DNA from: Cyanophora paradoxa CCMP329
Taxonomy: Eukaryota > Plantae > Glaucophyta
Assembly (NCBI GenBank): GCA_004431415.1
Contig: QPMI01000572.1
Location: 310,001 to 374,000, forward strand
DNA: 64,000 bases
Direction: 5' to 3'
The notes beneath the pieces were generated by a model, which saw only the letters and a list, made by a program, of their open reading frames with translations, had not been told where the DNA came from and did not search any database. Below are positions 1-13,100 of this stretch, piece by piece. The position numbers and the translations under genes are program-made. Position 1 is the stretch's first letter. Every line of letters begins with the position of its first letter.

Positions 1-501
1 CGTCTTCATATAGTTAGTCGAAGGACCACCTGATCGTATCTGCCACTTGTATCGCCGATCGCAATCGCTTTCCCTCTCCAAGTTCGTACTTGTCAATTGC
101 CAACCATAGTGTGTGCGTGCAGTGTACATGTGTGCGTGATCCGCGCATATATATGCATGCCATGATAGCCGCAGCAAATTCAGACGTATAACAGCATGTA
201 CAGCATGCGCATGCACTGCGGCAAATGCATCATGGCCCTGTCAGCGGGCTGGGTCGAGCTCAGAATCCGAATTCGAAGGCTGGCATTGCAATTGATATCG
301 GCATCCCATATATATATTAAATCCATCGCAACCACAGCGCTAGCTCGAGCTAATAAACAGCGGCTCCGCCGAAGCAGCAGAAAGATTAAGAAGAGAAGGA
401 CAGGTGGGATCCGGACGGTGTCGGCGTCGGCGTCGGCGGGGCTCTCGGCGGCCCGGCCGCGGCCGAGGCCAGAGCTCGAGGCCGGAGGCTCGGAGCGGCC
501 C

Positions 502-2589
502 TCAGGAGAGGCGGCCCCCGCGCTCGAGCACGTACGCTTTCCACCTCTGCGGGGGGCCTCGTCGGCGCGCGGCCCCGGCGGGGAAAGGCGGGTACAGGCT
601 GTGCGGCGAGCCCGCACCGAGTGGTCGACCTCGCCCAGGTTCTCGTTCGCCTTGGCCACCATCAGCAGGTACTGCGGGGGTTCGTGAATGGGGCAGAGAG
701 GGTGGGGGTGGGGGGTGGGGGGGGGGGCGGGGGGGGGGGGGCGTAGGGGGGGTAAGAACCTGGCCGAGGTACAGCAGCTCGCGGTCGGTCTGGCCCATGA
801 CGCGCGCGTTCTTGAAGGCCGCGATCTTGAGCCCGTTCTTCGGGTTCTGGGGGGAGAGGGTGAGGAAAAAGGGGTACGTCGCATCGGAGGGGTTCGAAAA
901 GAGGGGGGTACGAGGCGCGCACCATGGCGAAGTTGCGCGAGAGGTCGTCCACGTGGACGGTGTTCTTCGCGTTCCAGCGGTCTGTGAACTTGGCCCAGAT
1001 GAGCTCCAGCGGCTTCACCTGTACCCAGGTGAGCGACTCGGGGGTGCGCAGCGCCGGGGGGTACAACGCGCGCGCCTCGTGCGTCCTGTGCTTGCTCTCC
1101 ACGCTGAACATGGAGGTGCGGTCCAGGACTGATGGGGGTGTGAAGGTTAGGGGCGGCAGGGGGGCCGGAGGGCGCCCTGCGGGGGTACCGAAGCAGATGT
1201 GGAACGCCTCGCTCGTCAGCATACCCAGCTCCGTGATCTGAGCGGCATTCGCGCACCCTCCTCCGCATGCGGACCAAGGGGGGGGGGGGGGGGGGAGGGA
1301 TACGGGCCCGCACCTTCATCTCGAGCCACTTCCAAGATGTCTGGGACCAGATCACGATGTCGTACTCCTGCGCCGGCGCCGTGTGTGGTACCCGGCCGCG
1401 TCAGAAGCGGGTGTAGGGGTACGGGATTTGAGCGAGCGCGGAGGCACGCGGACCGTGTAGCAGGCCGCCAGGAAGTCGTCGAGGCCTGCGGGGTACGTGA
1501 GCACTCGGTCGAAGGATGAGAGAGGGGTACGGCGCGGGGCGCACCGGGCCGCTTGAGCTGAGCGATGGTGTCGGCGTTGCCCCTGCGGCGATGCGGAGGG
1601 GCGCTCGGCGGACGGAATGCGAGACGGGCGGGGGGCACAGGGTCGCCCGGGCGCACTTGCAGTCGCTGCGGGCGCGTCAGGGGGCGCGAGGGGCCGAGGG
1701 AGGGGGGGGGTACGCACAAGAGCGTGTAGTCCAGATCGAGCACGAGCAGCTTCTTCCCGTCCCGCGGCGGGTTGATGATCCTGATCTCGGTCTGGGGTAC
1801 GGGTGTCAACGGATGGGCGCGGGGGCGGGACGGGGTACGGACGGTCTCTATCCTGTGCTGCAGCTTCTTCCTGTTTTCGGGCCTCAACCGGACGTCAAGG
1901 TCCAGATCCTGGGTACGAGGATTCAGAAACGGGTGCCGCGCGGAGCCGAGCTTCCGGACCTTCGTCTCGATGTCGAAGTCCACGATGACCTGCGGCGACC
2001 GGAGGCTCAGGGGGGACGCCTGCGCCGGGATGACGGGTACCGCACCTCTGGCATGTCGTCGGGGGCGATTGGGATCTCCGCCTCGGGGGTTCCGACCTTT
2101 TTAAACGCGCGAGGCAGTCAAGTGCGCGCTAGCGACGGCGGCAGCGGCGCGGAACGCTGAGAGCGGCTGCGCACCATCATGATCTTCTGCTTCGTTTTGA
2201 TGTTGAGCTCGGCGAGCTGCTTGTCGTCCGGGGCCGGCCGCCCGTTCAGGTTGAGCCCGAGCAACTTCTGGCGCATCGGCAGCACGTTTGTGCGCTCTGC
2301 GGACGGCCAACGTCACGCGCTGCGAACGCGCCCCACGTAAGCCAGCGCAGCGGAGCGTACCGTACAGGATCCCCTTCACGTCCTCTGCGGGTCGGGTCAG
2401 AGCGGCCGACGGCGGCGAGCGCGCAGCAGATTCATCGCTGCTTTAACGCGCAGCGAACGACGCACCGATTGTGTAGCTCGGCGAAAACTGGAACTGCATG
2501 CTGTGCGTGCGCCACTTTACCTCGAGGCAAATGAGCTCCTCGTCCTGGCCCTCGGGCGGGGGAGACGTCGTCGCCTCGTTCGCCGCCAT
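502..2589 (-). CDS. UBLCP1: Ubiquitin-like domain-containing CTD phosphatase 1 (multi-exon)
   Basis: Spliced exons give an N-terminal UBL (LEVKWRTH...RQKLLGL...KQKIMMVG) and an FCP1/HAD domain: PPRDGKKLLVLDLDYTL, KRPGLDDFL, YDIVIWSQTSWKWLEMK, VKPLELIWAKF, NTVHVDDLSRNFAMNPKNGLKI, DRELLYL. ATG at 2589-2587, TGA at 504-502. Confidence 0.93.
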
Positions 2590-2815
2590 GCCACAGCACG
2601 CGCTAAACGCGGTACGCGTTCGCTGCTGATGCCGCGGGGGCGCCGAGGTACGCTTGTCGTGCGTCTGCCCGATCGTCCGCTTTGGTGCCGGGGCAGGAGA
2701 TTGAATCAACAGTACCCCCCGCCGAAACCGCGGGAAGCCCGTCGGAAGGCGCCGGGGGCGTGCACGCAGCAGCGGAGACGCGCGGCACGCGTGCTCGCAT
2801 CAGTCGCATCCGCTC

Positions 2816-5800
2816 ATGAGCGCCAGCAGCAGGGGCGCGGCAGGTAGCTCCCGCGCAGGGCCACCCGCCGCCGGGGCAAAGCCGCCGGTCGTGTTCGAAG
2901 ATCAGAGCGCTCTCTCGAACAGTAGATCTAGCATCTCGCAGAAGAACCCCGTGCAGCGCTTGTTGGAAAAGAGCGAAGCAGCCGAGCGAGAAGAGGCGCG
3001 GAAGGAGAAAGAGCGTGAGCGGCTTCGAAGCAAGCCGCCTCTCGTCTCCGACTCGCCCGAAAAGCCTGCAGCGATGGCACCGCGATCCGTGTCGCCAGCA
3101 CCATCGCCTGCTCCCCAAGCGAACGCAGCAGCTCCGGAACCGCTGCCCGGCAGCACTGCGGCGCCAACGCCCGGCGGCAGCGCAGCACCGCAGGCGGCCA
3201 GCAGCGCCGCGATGCAGCCAGAGAGCAGCGCCGCGCCGCAGCTCGGAAGCAGCGCCGAACGGCAGGCGAAGGCGCTGAAGTCGCGCATCAATCCGCGCCT
3301 CATTGCGCACCACCTTCATAGAGAACGCCGTGCGCGGCGCCTTCGGATCTTCTCCCGCCCGCGCTCATGATCGCGCTCGCAGCCGACATCCGCCTCGATG
3401 AAAAGTCCCGGGACCTGCGGAATCTGCTGAGCGACGATCTAAAGCGGAAAACGCAAGCGGCGTACGAAGCGAAGCTGGGTTCAGACGAGCGGATTGTCGT
3501 GGCAGCCGTGAAGTGCGCAAGCTCTGCACATCGGACCGTGCCGCGCTCACTCATCGGACCGCAGGGGGGAGCTGGGCGAGCCTGTGACGTACGCAGGGGA
3601 GGAGCTGGCGATTATGCACTACGTCGTCGTGAATCTCGGTCTTGAGAAGGATTGCGGGAGCCTCGCCGAACGCCTCGATCGCAACGCGAAACCGGGGCAA
3701 CCGGTGCCCCTCATTTCCGCCTGCGAAATGAGCTACATGCTCCCACCACCCACCCGTGAGCTCTCTCGCCGCGGACTCGACACTCTCCTCTGCTGAGCGG
3801 CGCGCGCAGTCACCACGTTCTTCCCCAACGCGACCTGGAACGTCATCAAAGGGGAGAGCGTGGTCGGCGACGGGATTGCCGAGGCGACCGCCGTGTTTTC
3901 CGAGAAGGCCGCCGCGGGCGCCGGCGACAGGGCTCGCATCTTCGCCATGTACCCCCGAGACGCGTGCGCCCTCGTTCTCCGTACCCGTCCGCCGGGCCGT
4001 GAGGCGGCCGCGGGCGCCCGCAGCGCGATCCCGGAGGGCGCGGAGAGGCTCGGGGAGCTCCGCTACTCGATCCGCCTGCTCCCTTGGAGCGAGGCTTACG
4101 ATCCGCCGCCGGCCGCGAACGCCGCCGCCCGTCCCGGTGCGCGCACCCGCCCTGCCCCCTCCCCCTTCCCCCCCGCTGACGAGGCCGCCCGCAGCACCGA
4201 GTACCTCGATGTCGTCGAAGGGCCGCGGCCGTCCGCCCGCGGGGCCGGCCGGCCGACGCCCCGCACAGCAGGGGGCGCCCCCCCGCGCGTCCTCCTCCCC
4301 TCCCCCCGCCGGCACCTCCTCCGCCCCTTCCCCCGCCGGCGCCTCCTCCGCCCCTTCCCCCGCCGGCGCCTCCTCCGCCCCTTCCCCCGCCGGCGCCTCC
4401 TCCGCCCCTCCCCCTGCCAACGCGGCTTCCACCGAATTGGTTGCCGTCCCAGCCCCTCCCCCGACTCCCACCCAGCTCGCGGTCGCCTCTCAACCCGCTG
4501 CGCCTCCCCCCGTCGCCGTCCCCTACCTAGGTGCCGTGCCCCGTACCCCGCCCTCGCCTGCCCCGCCTCATTTTCGCCGCAGTCGACAAGTACATCCGCG
4601 GGGACCGTCTCGATGGCGGGGGCTTCGCCCAGGTGTTCGGAGCGGTGCCCAGTGACTTCGAAGGGGCGCAGCTCGTCGAGAAGGTTCGCCCCCGTACCCC
4701 CCTTCGCCGCCCGGCGTTCCGAGCGCCCTCGGCAGGTGTACAATCTGAAAACGAGGAAAGAGGACGCAATTCACGAGGTCGTCGTGATCAGAAACCTAGC
4801 GTGCGTCGTACCCCCCTCCCCCTGCCTCTCCCCCACCTTCCCTCCCCCTCCCAAACCCCAAAACCCTGTCCGCCTTTACCCCTCCCCTGCTACCTCATTC
4901 CCCTCCCCATCAGTCCCCTACCCTTTCGTTGTTTCCCTCCGGAACAGGCCTTCCGCCCCCTCCCCTCACCTCCCCTCCCGCGCCCTCCCCCCTCTCTTCT
5001 TCCCCCCCTTCGGCCCCTGACGGGCGGGTGGGCGAGCAGGGAGGGGTTGACGCTGGAGGAGCTGAGAGAGGCGGGCCTGCTCCCGCTCGTCGACGCCTAC
5101 TCGCGCGACTGCTGCAACGCGATGGTCCTCCCTCGCGTCCCCAACGTTTCCCTCGAGGCCCGCCCCCGCCTCCGCCCAGTTCGCCGCGTGTGGCGCCGCT
5201 GACGCCGCTGCGCGCAGGAGATCTGCGGGGCGCAGCCGCCGGCGGCGGCGTCGCCGTCGCCGTCTTCGTCGTCCCCCGGGCCTGCGGCCTCCTCCTCGTC
5301 GGCCCGCAGGCTGCGCAACCGGAGAGACTGGAGGATAATACGCGACGCGCGCCCTTCCCCGCCCGCCCCCGCCCCCCCCTTCTTCGCCGTCGCTCACGGC
5401 CCCCGCAGTACATCTGCGGTCCGCTGCGGGCGCTGGCCCGCTCGCACTCGATTGGATTCATCCATCGCGACGTGGTGCGCCCCTTTCTCGACTTTCCCGC
5501 CACATTCCCGCACCCTTTCCTGACTCCGCCCGCCCCGTCCTCTTCTCTTTTTACCTCCCGCCTCGCAGAAACACAAGGTCAGGCCGACTCCTTCCGCCCC
5601 GGACCCAGCCGGCCCGCCGGCCCGCCCGCCCGCCTCTGACGTCCGATCGCGCGCCGTCTCAGAACATTGTGACCAAAGGCTACGTGGACGAGAACGGGGA
5701 CGAGCGCGTCTACGCGTTCCTCATCGACTGGGGGATCTCCCAGGCGCGCCCCCCGCGCCCGGCCCCCGCCCTGCTCTGTCCGAGCGGCTCTGAATTTCCG

Positions 5801-8800
5801 AAATCGCGCAGTGCACGCGGCCGACGAAGCCCAACGTGCGCGCGCGCGCGGGCTGACCTGCGCGCGGGGCTCCTCTCACGCCCGCCCCGCCCGCCGCCCG
5901 CGCAGGCGTGCCCCTCGGCCGCCGTGCACGCCCGCCGCAAGCCAGAGGGCGCCCTCCGGAGGGGACAGCAGTCGCCCGCGAGCAGGGAGCAGGACTTGGC
6001 GGCCAACAAGGCGCGCGGGCTGCGCTGCCTGCGCCCCGACTCGATCGGACGGCTCACGGCTCCCCCAGGTCCTCGTTGCGCCGTGCATGCGGCCCGACCC
6101 GCGCCTGGGCAGCACCCCGGGCATCCAGTCCCCCGAGGTCGCCATGCGTGACCCGTGCGTCATGGCGTACCCCTCCCTGGTCGTTTCACGTGTTCGCCGC
6201 TGACCTCCCTTCGGTTCTCCGCCCAGGTCGTTTGGGCCCGCCCCCGAAGACGTCAAACTGCAGCCGACCCCTTCGAGGAACCCCGCCGACTACACACGGA
6301 CAGCGGGTGCGCGTTGCCCGCCCCGAGCTTGCCGGCGGCTCTCTGACGCGGGGGCAGCGTCCGACGTCTTCGCGCTGGGGCTGGTGGCGGTCCGCGCCTG
6401 CCTGCTGACGCTGGACTGGGCGCCCGAGGCCCTCTACGACTTCCAGCTCTTCCACAACGCGCACGACGAGGCGCAGTTCCTCTTCAACCTCAGCTGCCTC
6501 GTCGGCTTCGACGAGATGCACGCGCTCTTCGGCAGTGCGCTTGCGCCCGGCGCTTTTCGTTCATTTCGCCCATCGCGTTTGCCTCTAATTGCTTTCGCGT
6601 CGCAGACAACGACGTGCTGAAGCTGTACCGGAAGGAGGGCGGCCTGGCGGAGGCGGCGAGGGCGCAGGGCGAGTTCATGCGGCACGAGCTGAACCTCGGG
6701 GCCTTCGAGAAGGCCAGGGGCGGCTTCGTCCCCAAGTGCACGGACTGCAAGCGCGCCGGCCCGCAGCTCTGCGAGCGCCACGCCGTCCACCCGCCCGAGT
6801 TCTACGATCTCATGGCGCAGCTGCTGCGGGTGCGCGCGAGCTCGCCGCGACGCAACGCGCGGACTGCCGCCTATTTGCAATTCTCAAACGCCTTGCTGTT
6901 TTATAAGAAACATTTTTTAAAGCACGTCTCTCGCCTCTGCGCACGCTGATGCGAATCCACTCCCGCAGGCGGACCCGTACCAGCGGCCGACGGCGGCGCA
7001 GGCGCTGAAGCACCCGTACTTCGGCAGGCTGGAGCACAACGGCCTCGTGGGGGAGGACCTCATCGCCGGGCACCCCGCCTGGCTGGACGAGGTTCTGGCG
7101 CAAGAGCCCGAGCAGGAGCGGGCGCGCGCCGCGAAGGAGGAGTACCGCCGCCGGCTCGTCCTCCAGAAGCCGGCCCCCGCAGCCGCCCTCGCGCTCATGC
7201 CGGCGCCGGCATCGGCACCGGCCCCGGCCCTCGCCATCTGTGACGGGCGGGCCAGCGGCGAGTGCTCCGCGGCGGCGCCGGCGGCTTCTGCGGACGGCGG
7301 CGAGAGCAGCCACGCGGGCGGCGAGGAGGGCGCCTGGGGCGCGAGCCAGAGCGTCCCGCCGAGCAGCAGCGCGGCGCAGTCGCGATCGCAGCCGACGGGC
7401 GCGCAGCCGAAGGGCCCCGCGCGGCGCTCGCCGTCGCCGGCGGCCCGCGGCTCGAGGCCCTACGTCGTCGTGCTTGCGTGCATGAGGTCGGCCGCTGCAT
7501 TCGCGCAGGCGCTGCTAAGCGCATGCCCGAAATACGTGCGCTCCAATCTGCGTTCGGCCTGGCGTCTCGGCTGATCCCCGCGATTCGCAGCAAGTACTGG
7601 ACCCCCAGACGTTCAACATCCACGTCAAGAGCGGGCGGATCAGCATCGGGAACGTTGTGGCCGTCGTCACCGGCTCGCTCTTCGGCGCCTGGTGCGCTGC
7701 ATGCTGAGCCGCCTCGTGCCTTCGTCGGTGACGCTGGGGCCGCCCAGGGAGCTGGAGCTCCCCAAGGAGCGCGGCTGGGACGTCAGCCTCCTGGACCCGG
7801 CCACGAAGCGACTCCTGGAGCCAGCCCCGCCCCCGGCGCCCAGGAGCTCTCCCTCCCCCGCGCAGCCGGAGTCCTCGCAGCCCGCCGAGGCATCCGCGAA
7901 GCGCCCCGACAAGGACAGCACGGCGCGCCCGCCCACTCCCTCCCGCGCATCCGGGCCCCCGCCGTCCGCTGACGCCCCGCGGCCTGCAGCAGAAGCCGGC
8001 GCCCGACCCGTGGCTCTGGGCCGAGAGATTCGAGGAGAGCATGAGGGCGCTGGAGACGGCGCGCCTCCACGGCGTCCCGATCGTGAAGGCGCGCAGAGTG
8101 CCCGTCGAGAGGAAGCCTAAGGCGGAGGACGCGGCGGCGCCAAGGGCGAAGGATAAGGAGAAGGCGCCCAAGGCGAAGAAGAAGGAGGAGCCGCCCAAGG
8201 CGCCGGCACCGGCGCCGAAGCCGGGCGCCGGGGGTCCGGAGGCGGAGGAGGAGGCGAAGTGGGTGGTTCCCCAGGAGCTCCTCCTGCGGGGCCCCGTCCC
8301 GCCCCAGGAGGACCCCGACGCGCCCTCCTACTTCGCCCGCGAGCGCGTTGGCGCCGTCGGCATCCGCCCCGACGTGCGCGCGCTTTTATTCCGTAAACTC
8401 GTAGTCGAGAATCTATTAAAAAGGTCGGACCGATAGAGAACTTCATTTTGTTGACTCGAGAGCCGCAGGTCCGCTTCTTCGACGAGGACATCGTGGAGAG
8501 GGTCGTTCCGGCGGCCCGGAGCTTCCGCAGCGCCCTGAACGGCCGCCTCACCTCCAGCGCCCCGGTTCGTGCTTCTCGAGCCTGTGAGCCGGCAGGCAGG
8601 ACGCTGACCCCGCCGGCAGGACCCGGCCCCCTTGGGGCGGCTCCCCCCGCTCCGGTGCGCCCCGCGGCGCGCGCGCGGCGCGCTCGCCGGCGCGGCCGAC
8701 GCCCCGCGCAGCCTCCTGCCTGCGGGCAACGAGGTGAAGTACGAGCACATATGCCGCGTCTGCTCGGGGAAGTACTACGCGGAGCCCGGCCGCGTCGCCA

Positions 8801-10102
8801 AGGTCCCTCCCCTTCCCGCCCGGGCGCCGCCGCCGCCCCCCTCGTCGATCCGCTTACGTAGGCCGCGCAGGCGGAGGAGCGGCACGCGAACTGCCGGCGG
8901 CACCGGCGCGAGGTGGCCAGGCTCGCCCCCGCGTGGGCCCTCGACCTCCACGAGGCCGCCTTCGGCAGGAAGTACCTCTGGAACCCCGCCCCCGTGCGCC
9001 CCGCCCCGGACGCCGCCCGTGCTGCAGAAAGCGAAGAGGTTTTAGGAGCATTCTAGATGCTTACGCTTATGCTATTTCTAAAGCCTTTTAAGCTTTTCAA
9101 GCTTAGAAGTGCCAGAGCCGTTGCGCCGAGGGCCCCGCCCCCAACCACTCAGCGCCGGCGCCGCGCAGGAGGACCGGGACCTGCCCGAGGAGCAGTTCGT
9201 GGCGAAGCGGGTGCGCCCGGCCCGGCCCGGCCCCGCGCCGCGCGCGACGCCGGGCGATGCCGGCCGGCTCACGCGCGCGGGGCGCAGATGCGAAGGGCGC
9301 GGGAGCTCCTGAGGTCGCTGGCGGCGCAAGGGGTGCGGGGCGAGCGGAGGGCGGAGGCGCCCGCGGCGCCCTGCGCTCCTCTCCTGATCGGGTGGCGCGG
9401 CGGTGCGGAGCGCCCCGCGCCGCTCTTCGTTCTCTCCTGACCTGTATTGTTTGCAGAGGGCCCGCCATCGCCCGACGGCCCGTCCCGGGGCCGCGGCCGG
9501 GCCCGGAGTCCAGCGGCGCTGCGGCGGCGGCGGTGTCCGTGGCGGCGGCCGCCGCGGAGGCCGGCGGGGCGGGGCCGAACAACGCGGGAGAGAGCGCCGC
9601 GCCGGCCGCGGCGATGGAGGAGGAGGAGGAGAAGCAGGGGCAGGGGCGCCCGGGGCCGGCGGGCGGCGCCGCGGAGCTGGAGGAGGAGGCGGACGAGACT
9701 ATGGCGGACGCCGACCGTGCAGCCATGGCGGCGGCAGCGGCGAAGAAGGAGGGGGAGGAGGAGGCCGCCGAGGCGGCGGCGGCGGAGGAGGCGAGGGCCC
9801 CCAGCGGCGAGGGCGCGGCGACGGAGGCGGAGGCGGGGGCGGAGGATGAGACCGTCCCCGAGGAAGACCAGGAGCCGGAGTCCGAGCCCGAGCTCGAGCC
9901 GGAGCCGGAGCCGGCGGACGGCCTGGCGGAAGAGGCGGCGGACGAGGAGCACGAGGAGGAGGAGAAGGACGATGGGCGGCAGCTCGCCGGCTCCGAGGAC
10001 GAGACGGAGGAGCAGGAGGAGGGGGAGGAGGAGGAGGGGTACGATTCGGAGGGGGAGGGGGAGGCGGCGCCCCCTGCGGGGGCCGGCGACGACGACGAGG
10101 AC

Positions 10103-10139
<37 letters not shown>

Positions 10140-13100
10140 AGCAGCGGCAGGCCGCCGGCTCCAGCGACGAGTCCAGCGCCAAGGAGGAAGGGGGGCGGAC
10201 GGAGGAGGACGTGGAGGGCGAGGCGATGGCGGCCAGCGGCGACGAGGCCGGGCCGGCGCAGGCGCAGGCGGAGGCGGGGGCCATGGTCGTGCACGTCGCT
10301 GTGCCCGCCCTGGAGCCCGCCCCCGCGGCAGCTCCCGGCTTGGATCCCGCGGCCGGTGCGCCCGGCTTCGCGCCCTGCCTTTCGTCCCGCCCCGCGCGCG
10401 CTTGACCCGGCCCGCAGGCGGCAAGCAAGGGAAGCGGGCGCACCCCTATTACCAGAAGAGCCCCGAGATCGACGCGTTCACCGACAAGCCCCTCCTGGCC
10501 CTCCCGGCGCCCGAGCCCAAGCCCAGGCCCAAGATCGACGCGGGTCCGTGCGGCCCGGCCTGCCCAGCCGTGCGGCTGGCCGCGCCTCACCGAGCTGTGA
10601 CCCGCGACCAGGCCTTCTCCCCGTCGCGGGCCGCAAGAGCAACGAGCTCGCCGCGCTCCCTGACGCGCCGGCGGTCCCCGCTGGGCCCTGCGCGGCCCCG
10701 GTCAGCGCCCAGACCCCAGGTCGCTTCCCCCGCGCAAAGAGAACTATCGAGGAGTCGGAGGCGCCCCCTGCGGTCCGCGCACCGCTCTCATTTCCACGTC
10801 GCGGTCTTGTCGACAGGGGCGCAGAATGCTTTCCCTTCGGAGTTGCGCAAGAAGCGCGCGGCGGCGTCGAGCAGCCCAGCGGCACCGAGCCGCACCCCGA
10901 GCGGCCGAGCCGCGGCCCGCGCCGCGGTCCGTCTCCCGGTCCCCCCGTCCCCTCGCGGGCCGCGGCCTCACTGTCACGCAGGCCCTCGTCGGGTCGGACG
11001 GGGACGGGGAGGAGGGCGGCGCGGCGGGGCCGGCGGGTCTGGCCCTGGCCCTGGCGCCGGCCGCGGAGCTGGCGGCTCGAGAAACAGCCGAGCAGTCGGA
11101 GGCGGGCGAGCAGATGATGGCGTGTGAGCCCTCGGGCACTGCGACGGCGTTGGCGCCCGCCTCGGCGGCAGCTCGGACGGAGGCGGCCCCAGCGGGCCCC
11201 AGTCCCGCGCCGCCTCTGGCAACAGCGGACTGGCTGAACCCGGGCTCCCGGTCACTCGCCGAGCGACTCTCGCTGGACAAGGTGTCGCAGCCGACGAGGC
11301 GGGCCCAGTCGCCTGCCGCAGAGCCGGCCTCAACGGAAGCGGCGGCAGGTTTGTATCGGCTAGACGCGCCCCACGCCGCGCTCCCTCCGTTCGGTCCCCC
11401 GGCGGAAGATTTCTGGCAGCGAATAGAAGGACATTCCCCACGGCCGGTCCCGCTTGCCTCGCTGAGTCCACTTGTCAAATCGGTGCGATGACCCCAGCCT
11501 GCAGCTCGATTTCGTCTTGATTTGACGGTCGTCTGCAGCTCGGTTTTGTACCCGTGGAGGCCCCCGTCGAGCCGAGGCCGGAGGATGGCGTCGCGGAGCC
11601 GGCATCGGCTGGAGTCGAGGCCGGAGCGGCCGGGGCATGGCTGGATGGCGTCGCGGCCGGCTCTCCGCGGCCGGCTCCGCCCGGAGGACGCGTGCGCTCT
11701 GCCCGCCTTTGCCTGCTTGGCGCCCGTCTCACAGCGGGACACTCAGCTCGAGTCCCCGGGCACGTCGTCGGTGCCCGCGGAGCCGGCGGAGCCCGACGCT
11801 ACGCCGACGCGGCTGTCTACGGCAGGCGCGGCGCTCGTGGCGGCCCCGCGGCCCGAGGCGGCGCCGGCCAGCGCATCGAAGGCGGCTTTTGCGACGCCTC
11901 GGCAGCAGCGGAGGTGCGGATGCGGGGCGTCGTTCAGCTCTGGTCGCAAGCTGTCGAAGCACATCCTGGGGTGCTCCTGGAGTGGAGGGGACCGGCCGAC
12001 GGGCGGGCAGAGCCCGGCCTCCGCCGCCGGCACCTCGTCCGAGGCGGGCCCCTTGGCATCGGCGGCGCAGCAGCTAGCCGGCGAGGGCGCCGCAAAGGCG
12101 GGCACGCCGCGGCCCGTGCCGGCGGCGTCCGAGGCGCCTGAGGATGCTCCGGAGTCTTCGCAACTCGAGCCGATGGCATCCGAGGCGTCAGCGCAGTCCC
12201 AGTCAGCGGCGGCGGCGGCGACCGAGGCAGACTTGCCAGCGGCAGCGGCGGCTTCGGCAGAGGAGGGGCCCGCGCAGCCTGCGGAGCCCGAGTCGACAGC
12301 AGCGCCGGCGGCCGAGACCGGCGCATCGGCAGAGACGGAAACGGCGGTGCCGGCGGCGCCGGCGGCCCTGGCAGACGTGCCGTCGGCGGCGGCGGCATTG
12401 GCGGCGGAGGGGCCCGCGCAGCCTGCGGAGCCCTCGTCGGTGCCGGCGCCGGCAGCCGAGGCCGGCGCGGCGGCGCCAGCAGCCGAGGCCGGCGCGTCGG
12501 CGGCGGCGGTGGCGGCGGTGCCGGTAGAGAAGGACGAGCCTTCCAAGCCAGAGCAGCTTGAGCCAGCGGCGACAGAGGCGGCAGAGATCCCCCCGGCGGG
12601 GGCGCCGGAGGGGCCCGCGGAACCGGCACGGCCCGAGCCGGCGGCGGCGCCTGCGGTGGAGGCGGACACTCCGAGCGAGGCGCCGACGGTCGCGGACGAG
12701 TCGGGGCAGCCCGAGCCCGCAGTAGCAGCCGCGGCGGCGGCGGCGGCGGCATCGGCGGCGCCGCCCGCCCAGTCGACGCCAATGCCCCAGGGCGGCCGCA
12801 AGGCGATGGTGGCGTGCGAGCGGTGCGGGGCAAGCGTGCAGTGGTGCGGCCTCAAGAGGCACTGGGACACCGCTACGTGCAAGAAGGAGGCGGCGCGCGC
12901 CGCGGAGCAGCGGGCGGAGGCGGCCGCGCCATCGGCCTCCAGCGCGGCCCAATCCGAGCCAGCGCATCAGCCGCAGCGGGCGGCGCCGGCCTCGGAGGGC
13001 GCCGAGCCGCCGGCGGTCCCGGCCGAGAGCGCCGCGGAGCAGCCGCTGGCGCAGGGGGCGCCCCTCGAGGGGCCGCGGAAGGAGGCCGCGGCGGTGGAGC

